From Parachlamydiales bacterium (GTDB taxonomy: Bacteria; Chlamydiota; Chlamydiia; Chlamydiales; Rhabdochlamydiaceae): a stretch of 64,000 nt of DNA. The notes below the pieces were generated by a model that was not told where the DNA came from, did not search any database, and saw only the letters and a program-made list of their open reading frames with translations. Made by a program: the position numbers and the translations under genes. Shown here one piece after another: positions 17,007 through 25,481 of the stretch. Where the stretch lies: the NCBI GenBank assembly GCA_003153295.1, contig PLXY01000006.1, positions 219,829 to 283,828 of the forward strand, written 5' to 3'. Each line of letters starts with the position of its first letter. The first letter of the stretch is position 1.

Positions 17007-17797
17007 TCAACGAGAGGAATGACTTTTCTTCTCACATGGGACTTGAAGCTATTCATGCACTCTGTGGCGTAAGGATGTTGAGATTGCAATGCGGAGTTTT
17101 CAATTTCTAAATCTTCCACTTTAATGCCAAATTTTTCTAAGGGATGGGAATTAAATCTTGTAAAATGAGCCGGATTTCCCATCACGATGCAAAAGGGAGG
17201 AACGTCTTTAACGACAATGCTACCCATTCCAACAAAAGCATGCGATCCTATTGTTGTGTACTGATGAGTGCAGCAGGCGAGTCCTAAGACAGCACCTTTT
17301 AAGATATGGCAATGGCCCGAAAGCGAAACCCTGGCACACAGGATAACATCGGATTCAATCAAGCAATCATGGGCAATATAAGTATAGGCCATGATGTAGC
17401 AATCATTTTGAATTTGAGTCTCTAGATCGCCAATTCCGCGCTGTATCACTGAAAATTCACGGATGACATTTCCATTTCCGATGAGGACATGTCCTTTGGG
17501 TGGCTTAGTTTTATGTTCAGGGTCCACGCCAATCATGACTTGATGGCCAATCTGATTATTTGCACCGATCACTAACGGACCTTTCAAATAGGAGCCGGCT
17601 CCAATGATGGTATTAGAGCCAATTTCAATGTCACCCTCCATAATGACCGAAGGATGAATGGAAGCGGAGGAATGTATTTTCGAACTGGAGTCCAAAGCAG
17701 ATCCTTGTAGAGGAATATAGTGTAAAATAATAAAGCCCAGAAGGCCAGCTCGAATTAGACAAATCATAAATTTACTCTTCAAGAGCGGAAGGACCAC
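17003..17797 (-). CDS. LpxA-like hexapeptide-repeat acyltransferase with an N-terminal hydrophobic extension
   Basis: Collinear with UDP-GlcNAc acyltransferase LpxA: IHPSVIMEGDIEIGSNTIIGAG..., a catalytic-His region YIAHDC, VVKDVPPFCIVMGNPA, and a helical C-terminal tail. About 45 extra N-terminal residues include a TM/signal segment (MICLIRAGLLGFIILHYIPL). Confidence 0.7.
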   Translation of the reverse strand: MVLPLLKSKFMICLIRAGLLGFIILHYIPLQGSALDSSSKIHSSASIHPSVIMEGDIEIGSNTIIGAGSYLKGPLVIGANNQIGHQVMIGVDPEHKTKPPKGHVLIGNGNVIREFSVIQRGIGDLETQIQNDCYIMAYTYIAHDCLIESDVILCARVSLSGHCHILKGAVLGLACCTHQYTTIGSHAFVGMGSIVVKDVPPFCIVMGNPAHFTRFNSHPLEKFGIKVEDLEIENSALQSQHPYATECMNSFKSHVRRKVIPLVD

Positions 17798-17907
17798 TTC
17801 TTAACAATTAAGATGAGAACAAACAAAAATTAGTATAGTCATAAAAAATTATCAGTGCTATTCGGGAATTTAAGAATCTCTCTTAATCAAATTTCTAAAG
17901 GAAGACC

Positions 17908-19191
17908 ATGGGAATCGATATCTCTAGAGCAGATGATTTAAATATCTATCGCTCTATTGTGGGTTCGGAAGCCATTGATCAACTTTTTCAGTTAGCAGAT
18001 TATTTAAAAGGCATCAAAATCGTTCATGTCAACTCGACGAGAGAAGGGGGCGGGGTCGCAGAAATTCTCTCGAAGATGGTTCCGTTGACCCAAGCTTTGG
18101 GTCTGGATATTCGATGGGAAGTCATCAATGGAGAAACCGATTTTTTTCAATGCACCAAACTCTTTCATAATTTACTGCAAGGCCAGCATAAAGACTATCC
18201 TTCAAAGGCCCTTCTAAAAACCTATGAAGATACCAATGCTGAGCAAGCAGAAGTGCTAAGAGGGGTTTTAGAAAAAGCTGATATCGTTTTTATCCACGAT
18301 CCTCAACCGTTGCCGCTTTTATCTCATTTTCCTGAGAAGGCAGGAAAATGGGTCTGGCGCTGCCATATCGATCTTTCAGCCCCTTCAGAACAGCTTTGGA
18401 ACTATCTGAAACAATTCATTGAGAATTACGATGCCAGTATTTTTTCATTGGAAAATTTTGCTCAAGCTCTTCCCTACCCGATTTACTTTATTGCTCCTAG
18501 CATTGATCCTTTAAGTGAAAAAAATAGAGAGATAGAACAAGAAGAGATTTTAGAAGTTTTCAAACAATTGGGGATTGATTCCGAGCGGCCTGTCCTGTTG
18601 CAGGTCTCCAGATTTGATCAGTTTAAAGATCCCTTAGGTGTGATCGAAGCTTATCGGATGGCAAAGATAAACCATCCTGCTCTTCAGCTTGTATTAGTTG
18701 GAAGCGGAGCCACCGATGATCCGGAAGGGGAAAAAATGTTCGAAGAAGTCGATAAGGCTGCCAAAGGCGATAGAGATATCCATGTGCTTCTTTTGCCTCC
18801 GACTTCTCACCGGATTATTAACTGTTTGCAGAGAGGATCGACAATCGTCCTCCAAAAATCATTGAAAGAAGGATTTGGCCTCACTGTCACCGAAGCTTTA
18901 TGGAAGAAAAAACCCGTGATCGGAGGAAATGTCGGAGGGATCCGTTTACAGGTGATTGACGGTCAAACCGGTCTTCTTGTGAGTAATTCCGTTGAAGCAG
19001 CAAAGGGGATTAACTTTCTGCTACAAAACCCCGAGATCGCCCAAGAAATGGGAAATAAAGGAAAAGAGCGTGTTTTGCACCATTTTTTAATCACGAGGCA
19101 TTTGAGAGAGTATTTAACCTTGATGGTCACGCTTTTGTTTCCCACTATCCAATTACCTTCTCGATTTCCTAAAATGAATAGTTTCTTATGA
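17908..19191 (+). CDS. GT4 glycosyltransferase, trehalose glycosyltransferring synthase (TreT)-like
   Basis: Collinear with archaeal TreT as recalled: VHVNSTREGGGVAEIL, FFQCTKLFHNLLQG, WVWRCHIDLS, PSIDPLSEKN, VSRFDQFKDP, DDPEG, EGFGLTVTEALWKKKPVIGGNVGGI. Confidence 0.75.
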   Translation: MGIDISRADDLNIYRSIVGSEAIDQLFQLADYLKGIKIVHVNSTREGGGVAEILSKMVPLTQALGLDIRWEVINGETDFFQCTKLFHNLLQGQHKDYPSKALLKTYEDTNAEQAEVLRGVLEKADIVFIHDPQPLPLLSHFPEKAGKWVWRCHIDLSAPSEQLWNYLKQFIENYDASIFSLENFAQALPYPIYFIAPSIDPLSEKNREIEQEEILEVFKQLGIDSERPVLLQVSRFDQFKDPLGVIEAYRMAKINHPALQLVLVGSGATDDPEGEKMFEEVDKAAKGDRDIHVLLLPPTSHRIINCLQRGSTIVLQKSLKEGFGLTVTEALWKKKPVIGGNVGGIRLQVIDGQTGLLVSNSVEAAKGINFLLQNPEIAQEMGNKGKERVLHHFLITRHLREYLTLMVTLLFPTIQLPSRFPKMNSFL

Positions 19192-19439
19192 AACGGATCC
19201 TCATCGGAGATTGCGTCAAAATTCCCGATGGCCGCATGGGCCGTGTACGAGAAAAAAAAGGGAATAAGTACAAAATTAGAGTCCAAAGAAAAACAAGCAA
19301 AACCCATCAGTTTTTGTTTTTTGAGGCTAAAGAGTTAAAATCTGTTGCATGTCCGAAGGGCTGGATGAGTGTAAAAGGATATAATCAATACTTAAAGAAA
19401 ACCCTGGCTAAAATGAAAATACGCTTGAAACGTCGGTAG
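19188..19439 (+). CDS. small basic hypothetical protein (83 aa)
   Basis: Its start overlaps the GT4 stop (ATGA), which suggests translational coupling. I recognise no family. Confidence 0.45.
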   Translation: MKRILIGDCVKIPDGRMGRVREKKGNKYKIRVQRKTSKTHQFLFFEAKELKSVACPKGWMSVKGYNQYLKKTLAKMKIRLKRR

Positions 19440-19494
19440 AATATCTATGCCACAAAAATTGTCTGACTTATGATAATTTGTCCAGTGAGGGATT

Positions 19495-20736
19495 GTGGCA
19501 GAGGATAAGAGTCAAAGACGTCGATTTTGGGTCATTTTATGCATTGTCTTTTTAGGCTTTGTGGGCATCTCAATGCCCTATGTGATCTTTCCAGCTCTTT
19601 TTCTTAATCCTGATTATTCTATCCTGCCTCCTGACTGGGGTCCAACCAGCCAGGCTCTTTTTCTGGGTATTACATTAGCAGCCTACCCTTTAGGCCAATT
19701 CATAGGATCGCCCATCCTAGGAGCCCTATCGGATGAATATGGAAGAAAGTCATTATTATCAGGAAGTTTATTGATCAGTGCTGTCTGCAATCTTTTCACC
19801 GGATTAGCGATTGGCTGGCATCTCTTAGGATTACTCATCGTGAGCCGGTTTCTAGCGGGTTTTATGGAAGGCAACATTGCTATTGCCCGTGCGATGGCGG
19901 CTGATATGAAAAAAATTTCCAAACATGAAGCCTTTGGCAAAATTAATGCTGCCATCTCGATTGCTTATCTTTTGGGGCCCTTGTTAGGAGGAGTGATGGC
20001 AGATAAGAGTTTGCTGGAGAGTTTAACAACATCCACGCCGTTCTATGCTATATGCATTCTCTTTTTTGGTCTTGCGGGACTCTCGGCACTTGTTTTGGAG
20101 AAAACACCCTTGATTGCTCCTATCCAAGTGAGAACTTTCTGGCAGCGCATCAATTTCATTAAGAGGATGGCTGGACTATTCTCTAATAAACGGCTGCAAT
20201 TTTTTATGCTCACCTCCACGGCTTTTACTCTGGCAGTGGATATCTTTTATGAATTTGGACCTGTTTACCTCACACTCAAGTGGTCGCTGGGGCCTGCTCA
20301 GCTCATTTTCTATAACGGAGCTTTATGCCTTGCTCTTGCGATTGGGAATGGCTGCCTGCCTGCTATTTTTTCTTCCCACGTCTCCAAAAGGTTAGCCCTC
20401 ATTTGTTCTATTGGAGGGCTAGCTCTTTTTTTAGCGGGAATTGTTCTGACAAATTCCGTTTTTCTGATGATGATTTTATTTGCCCTATGCGGTTTTGTGA
20501 TTGGACTCACAGTGACTTTACTGACAGTGAAGATCTCCGATTCTGCTGCCGATACTATTCAGGGAGAAGTGATGGGAGTACAGCTTTCTTTACGAGTTTT
20601 GGGAGATGCCATTATCTGCCTATTTGGCAGCGTATTGCTGCTGCTCTCACCCAAACTTATCCTAGCAGTGGCTGCAGCAATGAGCATCGCTGTCATGGTT
20701 TACTTTGCAGTTAAGTCCCGCAGGGAAATTGCATAG
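19495..20736 (+). CDS. MFS transporter (DHA1/tetracycline-efflux-like, 12 TM)
   Basis: The motif-A-like GALSDEYGRKSLL and hydrophobic periodicity throughout. GTG start. Confidence 0.85.
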   Translation: MAEDKSQRRRFWVILCIVFLGFVGISMPYVIFPALFLNPDYSILPPDWGPTSQALFLGITLAAYPLGQFIGSPILGALSDEYGRKSLLSGSLLISAVCNLFTGLAIGWHLLGLLIVSRFLAGFMEGNIAIARAMAADMKKISKHEAFGKINAAISIAYLLGPLLGGVMADKSLLESLTTSTPFYAICILFFGLAGLSALVLEKTPLIAPIQVRTFWQRINFIKRMAGLFSNKRLQFFMLTSTAFTLAVDIFYEFGPVYLTLKWSLGPAQLIFYNGALCLALAIGNGCLPAIFSSHVSKRLALICSIGGLALFLAGIVLTNSVFLMMILFALCGFVIGLTVTLLTVKISDSAADTIQGEVMGVQLSLRVLGDAIICLFGSVLLLLSPKLILAVAAAMSIAVMVYFAVKSRREIA

Positions 20737-20821
20737 TCAAACTTCAATTCTAAAAGAATGGCCAAAATTCTTTTCTTTTTAAAAAGAGCCGGGTATAAAA
20801 GTCCTTTCATGAGGTCAAAAG

Positions 20822-21232
20822 ATGAGAAAATTGTTATTTTTTATCTTGATATTCACTGCTAGTTTGCAAGCTGAAGAAAAACAACTCTCTAGGAGTAATA
20901 TGTCAGGTCATGTTTTTGTGGTTTCTGAATGGTTGCCAAAAGAAAACTGCGAAGAAGAATTATGGAAACATTTTAAAAAGCTCATGGCTTTAACTTTAGA
21001 AAACGAAAGCGGCTGTATCCGAGCACATGCAACTCGACAAATTGCCCACCCCGGTGCGCCAGGAAAAACACAATATACGATTGTACTTCTTCAGGAATAT
21101 GTGGATCTCCATGCATTTGATATCCATTGCAAATCAGACTATGTCGCTAATTATTTTAAGAAATATCTGGAAGATGAAGAAACTTCCCTTGTTAAAGAGT
21201 GGCGTTGTAGACTTTTTAGTGAAGAAGACTAG
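20822..21232 (+). CDS. secreted ABM (antibiotic biosynthesis monooxygenase)-domain protein
   Basis: Signal peptide MRKLLFFILIFTASLQA. The ABM-like layout is VFVVSEWLPKEN..GCIRAHATRQ..IVLLQEYVDLHAFDIHCKSDY. Confidence 0.55.
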   Translation: MRKLLFFILIFTASLQAEEKQLSRSNMSGHVFVVSEWLPKENCEEELWKHFKKLMALTLENESGCIRAHATRQIAHPGAPGKTQYTIVLLQEYVDLHAFDIHCKSDYVANYFKKYLEDEETSLVKEWRCRLFSEED

Positions 21233-21298
21233 ACTTCCGAGTTATACCAGCTCAGCTGTAAATTTGGATTTATACTGATAGTATCTGTCAGTATTCCC

Positions 21299-21375
21299 TC
21301 ACAAAACGTGGTACTTGGCACGTTATTCGTACGAAAAACGTGTTAGTTAACCACTTTATTCGTACCGAAAACGTG
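21299..21375. repeat. three direct AAAACGTG-containing repeats at 32-33 bp spacing, including a 24-bp near-palindrome
   Basis: AAAACGTG occurs at 21303, 21335 and 21368. CACGTTATTCGTACGAAAAACGTG (21319-21342) is palindromic around GTAC with 2 mismatches. TTATTCGTAC(C)GAAAACGTG is repeated at 21356. Confidence 0.6.
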
Positions 21376-21415
21376 AATTGTAAGCATAAGTCATTGAAGA
21401 TAAGGCTATTAAAAT

Positions 21416-21511
21416 AAACTCAGCGAAAAGTCAATATTTTTGCTACTTTTCGCGGGATTGATTAATCAATCTGGCGAAAACTGGTAAAAATATTGACTTT
21501 TCGCTGAGTTT
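21416..21511. repeat. 96-bp long palindrome (26-bp perfect outer arms), MITE/REP-like or regulatory
   Basis: AAACTCAGCGAAAAGTCAATATTTTT (21416-21441) and its exact reverse complement (21486-21511). The imperfectly palindromic interior is centred on GATTGATTAATCAATC. The element ends 32 bp before the ATPase ATG. Confidence 0.8.
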
Positions 21512-21543
21512 GTTGTTATAATTAGCGGAAAGTCGAGGAAGAA

Positions 21544-23001
21544 ATGGACAAGTCAATTATTGGCCGGGATGAAGAGCTTGCCATTCTTCGAGAAATCTAT
21601 GAATCGCCAGAACCCGAGTTTCTTGCGGTTTATGGCAGAAGAAGGATAGGCAAGACCTACTTGATCAGTGAGTTTTTCAAGAATAGAAGTGTTTATTTTG
21701 AAATCACAGGAATGAAAGAAGGCTCTACGCGTGAGCAGCTGTTCCAATTCGCTTATGAATTTGCAAGACAATTCAATGAAGGTAGAAGGATTCCTCCTCC
21801 GGAAAACTGGGCAGAGGCTTTGAATTTATTACACGAAGCTACTGAAAAAGTGGAAAAAGGAAAAAAGATCATCCTTTTCTTCGATGAGGTCCCATGGCTT
21901 GCTTCCCCGCGTTCTAAATTTCTAAATGCCCTAGAGCACTTCTGGAATCGTTATCTATCCCGAAACAAAAATGTGATTTTGATCATTTGTGGGTCATCTG
22001 CATCCTGGATCATTAGAAATATCATTAACAATAAAGGTGGATTGCACGGAAGGGTAACCAGAAAAATGCGCTTACTTCCCTTTGCTCTTTCGGAAACGGA
22101 AAAATATCTCAAATCTCGCCATATCGATTTAGACAGGAAACAGATCATTGATATCTATATGGCAATGGGAGGAGTTCCTAAATACCTTTCCTATATTGGA
22201 AGAGGTAAATCTGCAACCCAGATCATCAATGAAGTCTGTTTCACCCCAAAAGGAGGTCTGTATGATGAATTCGACAATCTCTACAAATCTCTTTTCGATA
22301 ACTACGAGCACCATATTTCCATCGTCAAGGCTCTTTCTAAGGAAAGCGGTGGTTTAACCAAGTCTGAGCTCTTGGATAAGGTAAAAATGTCCTCAGGCGG
22401 AGGTTCCACTAGGATTATTGATGAATTGATCGATGCCGGTTTTCTGATTTTTGTACCATCATTTCACAAAAAGAAAGCCGGAGGTATCTATCGACTTATC
22501 GATGAGTATTCTCTTTTTTATTTAACCTGGATCGCAGAAATTTCTAAGGTTAGCTTAGAAAGTGTCGATCCGGAATTTTGGATAAAAAAATACGATACAG
22601 CTAAATGGTATGCCTGGAGCGGCTGTGCTTTTGAATCTCTTTGCCTCAAGCATATTCAGAAGATCAAAAAAGCCCTGGGAATCTCAGGCATTAGTACTAT
22701 AGAATCCGGTTGGCGCTATATCCCTAAAAAAGCACCCGATCAACAGGGAGCGCAAATAGATCTTGTCATAGATCGAATGGACAAATGTATTAATCTCTGC
22801 GAAATGAAATATAGCGATAGAGAATTTGTTATTGATAAGCTATATGCGGAAAGATTACGCACGAAGAAGAAAGTATTTAAAGAACAGACAGCGACGCCTA
22901 AGACTCTGTTTACGACCATGGTCACAACTTATGGCGTAAAGAAGAACGCACATTATCTTTCGGTGATTGATAGTCAACTGACGATGGATGATCTTTTTTG
23001 A
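21544..23001 (+). CDS. AAA+ ATPase of the COG1672 type (Arch_ATPase plus DUF234-like C-terminus with a PD-(D/E)xK-like motif)
   Basis: Walker A VYGRRRIGKTYL and Walker B ILFFDEVPW. The C-terminal GAQIDLVIDRMDKCINLCEMKY fits D..ExK. It is a full-length paralogue of 33137-34594, with the same 485-aa length and the same MDDLF end. Confidence 0.85.
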   Translation: MDKSIIGRDEELAILREIYESPEPEFLAVYGRRRIGKTYLISEFFKNRSVYFEITGMKEGSTREQLFQFAYEFARQFNEGRRIPPPENWAEALNLLHEATEKVEKGKKIILFFDEVPWLASPRSKFLNALEHFWNRYLSRNKNVILIICGSSASWIIRNIINNKGGLHGRVTRKMRLLPFALSETEKYLKSRHIDLDRKQIIDIYMAMGGVPKYLSYIGRGKSATQIINEVCFTPKGGLYDEFDNLYKSLFDNYEHHISIVKALSKESGGLTKSELLDKVKMSSGGGSTRIIDELIDAGFLIFVPSFHKKKAGGIYRLIDEYSLFYLTWIAEISKVSLESVDPEFWIKKYDTAKWYAWSGCAFESLCLKHIQKIKKALGISGISTIESGWRYIPKKAPDQQGAQIDLVIDRMDKCINLCEMKYSDREFVIDKLYAERLRTKKKVFKEQTATPKTLFTTMVTTYGVKKNAHYLSVIDSQLTMDDLF

Positions 23002-23028
23002 ATGAATTTAATCAAAGAAATAAAACTC

Positions 23029-24399
23029 CTATAAATCTTTCATGTATAGCTCCATTTGGAAGTGAGGCACGGGATGCCAGCTTGCAATAAACTCTCCCAC
23101 GATCTTAAAGCCTGCTTTTTGGTACACATGGATAGCTCGTTTATTGGTCGCTTCCGGGTCTATTAGAATTTTTTTCACATGGGAAAAGTGGCGGATTAAA
23201 AACTCCCGAATCATCGGCACGGCAATTCCTTTTCCTAGATAATTTAGGTCGCAAATGAACAAATCTAAGGTCGTCGCATTATTTCCTTCAGGAGAGGTGA
23301 TCAGAAAAGCAAAAGGGATATCTTTTTCATAACCAATCCAATAAGTTGTGTCGGATTCTCCGTGAAAAAACTTTTCTAAGCCGTTTAAAGTACTTTGAAG
23401 TCCGACTCCATGCATCCATTCTTTGATATGTGGTTGTTCAAACCAACTATGCAGCAGATTTTTTTGAGAGGGTAGAGCAGGTGCAAAGGAAAAAACTAAA
23501 TGGTGACGATCCTCTTCGATAACTTCCTGAATGACATGCCGTGCATTGTTTGCTAATACAGGGTTTGTATTTTTGTAGTAGGGGAGTGCGATGAGTGCGT
23601 TAGACAATGCCCAACCACGGCCTCGTTCCCATGTTGCATCATCGACAGCCAATGCCTGACGAAAGGTATTTCTCATTTCAGCGGGTAAAAGATTCCAGGC
23701 AATAATTAAGTCGCAGGCTGGATCTCCAATACCCATAATGCCAAAATCAATCACAGCACTCAGTCGGTCATTTTGGATGAGGAGATTTCCAGGGGATAGG
23801 TCGCCGTGTATCCAGACAGGTGGTTTCGACCATTGAGGAGCCTGTAAAGCCTTTTCCCAGATGGGGGTTACTGTTTGGACATCAATCATTCCTTCTAATT
23901 GCTGGAGAGCTTGTTGAGTCTCGAGGGCTTTCTCCTCTAAAGGTACTCCACGATTAGAAAGGGGGCCATGGAGTAGATCAACCTTTTGTAAGGCTTGAAT
24001 AAATATCACCAGATCGTGAGTGAGTAGAAGAGGATCAGAAAGATGGCCGACAATGGGATTATGACCTTCCAGCCACTTATAGACAGCCCAAGGCCAAGGA
24101 AAATCTTCTGTAGGAACTCCTTTGCCCAAAGGAGCAGGAATAGAAAATGGCAAGAAAGCTGCAAGTTTGGGGAGCCAGTTGCATTCTTTTTCAATAGTAT
24201 CAACGGCCCACCCAATGCGGGGAAGCCGAACAACCATCTCATCGCCCAGCCGATAAAGAGCATTATCAGTTCCAGCTGACAGAACGGGTTTAAGTGGTAA
24301 TTTTGCCCATGAGGGAAATTGCTTTGCGAGCAGTCGCTGGACAAGGGAGATATCAACTTCAAATTCGTCTGCATGCATTTTAGTCATGAATATCCGCAT
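23029..24399 (-). CDS. fusion protein: N-terminal aminoglycoside-phosphotransferase-family kinase plus C-terminal GNAT (AAC(6')/Acetyltransf_8-like) domain
   Basis: APH motifs include VWIHGDLSPGNLLIQNDRLSAVIDFGIMGIGDPACDL. The C-terminal LLHSWFEQPHIKEWMHG ... NYLGKGIAVPMIREFL ... NKRAIHVYQKAGF is GNAT-like. The true start may be M5 (24387) or M8 (24378). Confidence 0.8.
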   Translation of the reverse strand: MRIFMTKMHADEFEVDISLVQRLLAKQFPSWAKLPLKPVLSAGTDNALYRLGDEMVVRLPRIGWAVDTIEKECNWLPKLAAFLPFSIPAPLGKGVPTEDFPWPWAVYKWLEGHNPIVGHLSDPLLLTHDLVIFIQALQKVDLLHGPLSNRGVPLEEKALETQQALQQLEGMIDVQTVTPIWEKALQAPQWSKPPVWIHGDLSPGNLLIQNDRLSAVIDFGIMGIGDPACDLIIAWNLLPAEMRNTFRQALAVDDATWERGRGWALSNALIALPYYKNTNPVLANNARHVIQEVIEEDRHHLVFSFAPALPSQKNLLHSWFEQPHIKEWMHGVGLQSTLNGLEKFFHGESDTTYWIGYEKDIPFAFLITSPEGNNATTLDLFICDLNYLGKGIAVPMIREFLIRHFSHVKKILIDPEATNKRAIHVYQKAGFKIVGEFIASWHPVPHFQMELYMKDL

Positions 24400-24409
24400 G
24401 TTTTAAAAA

Positions 24410-24490
24410 GCCATTTAGCTGAGTAAAAGGCTCCAAGTCTTCTTCGCGCCATGGACGCAAAATCAATCGTTTTGTTTTAAGAATGGTCAT
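24410..24490 (-). pseudogene. orphan 5' stub of a RimJ/L-type GNAT gene
   Basis: It reads MTILKTKRLILRPWREEDLEPFTQLNG and then diverges. The N-terminus of the intact GNAT at 12489 is MTIIKTDRLILRPWKEEDIEPFAQLNG. The stub runs directly into the start region of the APH-GNAT gene. Confidence 0.6.
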
Positions 24491-24590
24491 AGGTTTCTAA
24501 GGGTTAACAGGAGGCATTTTACTAGTATTTTTTAGAGAAAGCAAGCGGACAGAACAATTTTCATAGCAATATTTTATTTAAAAAAATGCA

Positions 24591-24622
24591 TTGACCCTCA
24601 CGTATACGTCATTCCTTAGAAT
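24591..24622 (+). promoter_or_regulatory. second MerR-type long-spacer promoter, paralogous to 3068-3098
   Basis: TTGACC (24591-24596), a 19-20 bp spacer containing ACGTATACGT, then TAGAAT. The downstream leader ATCCTTTAAAATCAATGGGATATTAAAGG is nearly identical to the leader of the first MerR gene. Confidence 0.5.
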
Positions 24623-24669
24623 AGGGGCATCCTTTAAAATCAATGGGATATTAAAGGGAAAGGAAATCG

Positions 24670-25446
24670 ATGGCTTACACAGTTAAAAAATTAAGCGAAC
24701 TCTCTGGGGTGACGGTACGCGCTCTTCATTTCTATGAAGAAATAGGCCTTCTGAAACCGGCCTACCACGGCTCTAATGGGTACCGGTACTACGAAGAAAA
24801 GCAGCTTTTGGACCTCCAGCAGATCTTGTTTTTTAAGCAGCTGGGTTTTTCTTTGAAACAGATCCAAAAGGTTCTGGGACGAGACGATTTTGACCAGCTT
24901 TCGGCTCTTTATTCTCACAGGAAGTCTTTGAATCAAGAATGGGAAAAAATTGGCCTGCTGCTTAAGACCATCGATAAAACGATCAAACACCTAAAAGGAA
25001 AGAAAAAAATGAAAGACAAAGAAATTTTCGATGGTTTCGACGTCAATTTAGTGACGAAAGCAAAAAAAAGCGATTCCTATTACTCCGCTGAGGAGATCGT
25101 AGGGAAAAGCGTTAAAAACCCAACTAAGAATGTTCAAGATGTTGAAAAAAGAGGGAAAGCTTTCTACGATAATATAACCCAAACGACACACGCTATTTTC
25201 AAAGAGCTTGTTTGTTGCATCGAAAAAGGGCTATACCCTTCTTCGGATGAAGTGCAACGGATCATTAAGAAACATCATGCTTTTGCGGAGCAGATTCATG
25301 ATGCCACTCAAGAAGTATACAAAGCGCTAGCGCAGCTTTATCGGGAACATCCTGAATTCAGAAAGCAATTAGATCCATTTCATCCAGATCTAGCTGCATT
25401 TATGGCCGAAGGTATGAAGGTGTTTGCAATGAAAGAATTAGCTTAA
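24670..25446 (+). CDS. MerR family regulator with a TipAS-like domain (paralogue of 3144-3914)
   Basis: MAYTVKKLSELSGVTVRALHFYEEIGLLKPAYHGSNGYRYYEEKQL. By eye it is roughly 70 percent identical to the first MerR over the first ~120 aa. Confidence 0.9.
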   Translation: MAYTVKKLSELSGVTVRALHFYEEIGLLKPAYHGSNGYRYYEEKQLLDLQQILFFKQLGFSLKQIQKVLGRDDFDQLSALYSHRKSLNQEWEKIGLLLKTIDKTIKHLKGKKKMKDKEIFDGFDVNLVTKAKKSDSYYSAEEIVGKSVKNPTKNVQDVEKRGKAFYDNITQTTHAIFKELVCCIEKGLYPSSDEVQRIIKKHHAFAEQIHDATQEVYKALAQLYREHPEFRKQLDPFHPDLAAFMAEGMKVFAMKELA

Positions 25447-25481
25447 AGTCTTAAAAGAAGGGGCGGCTAGCAATGGCCGCC

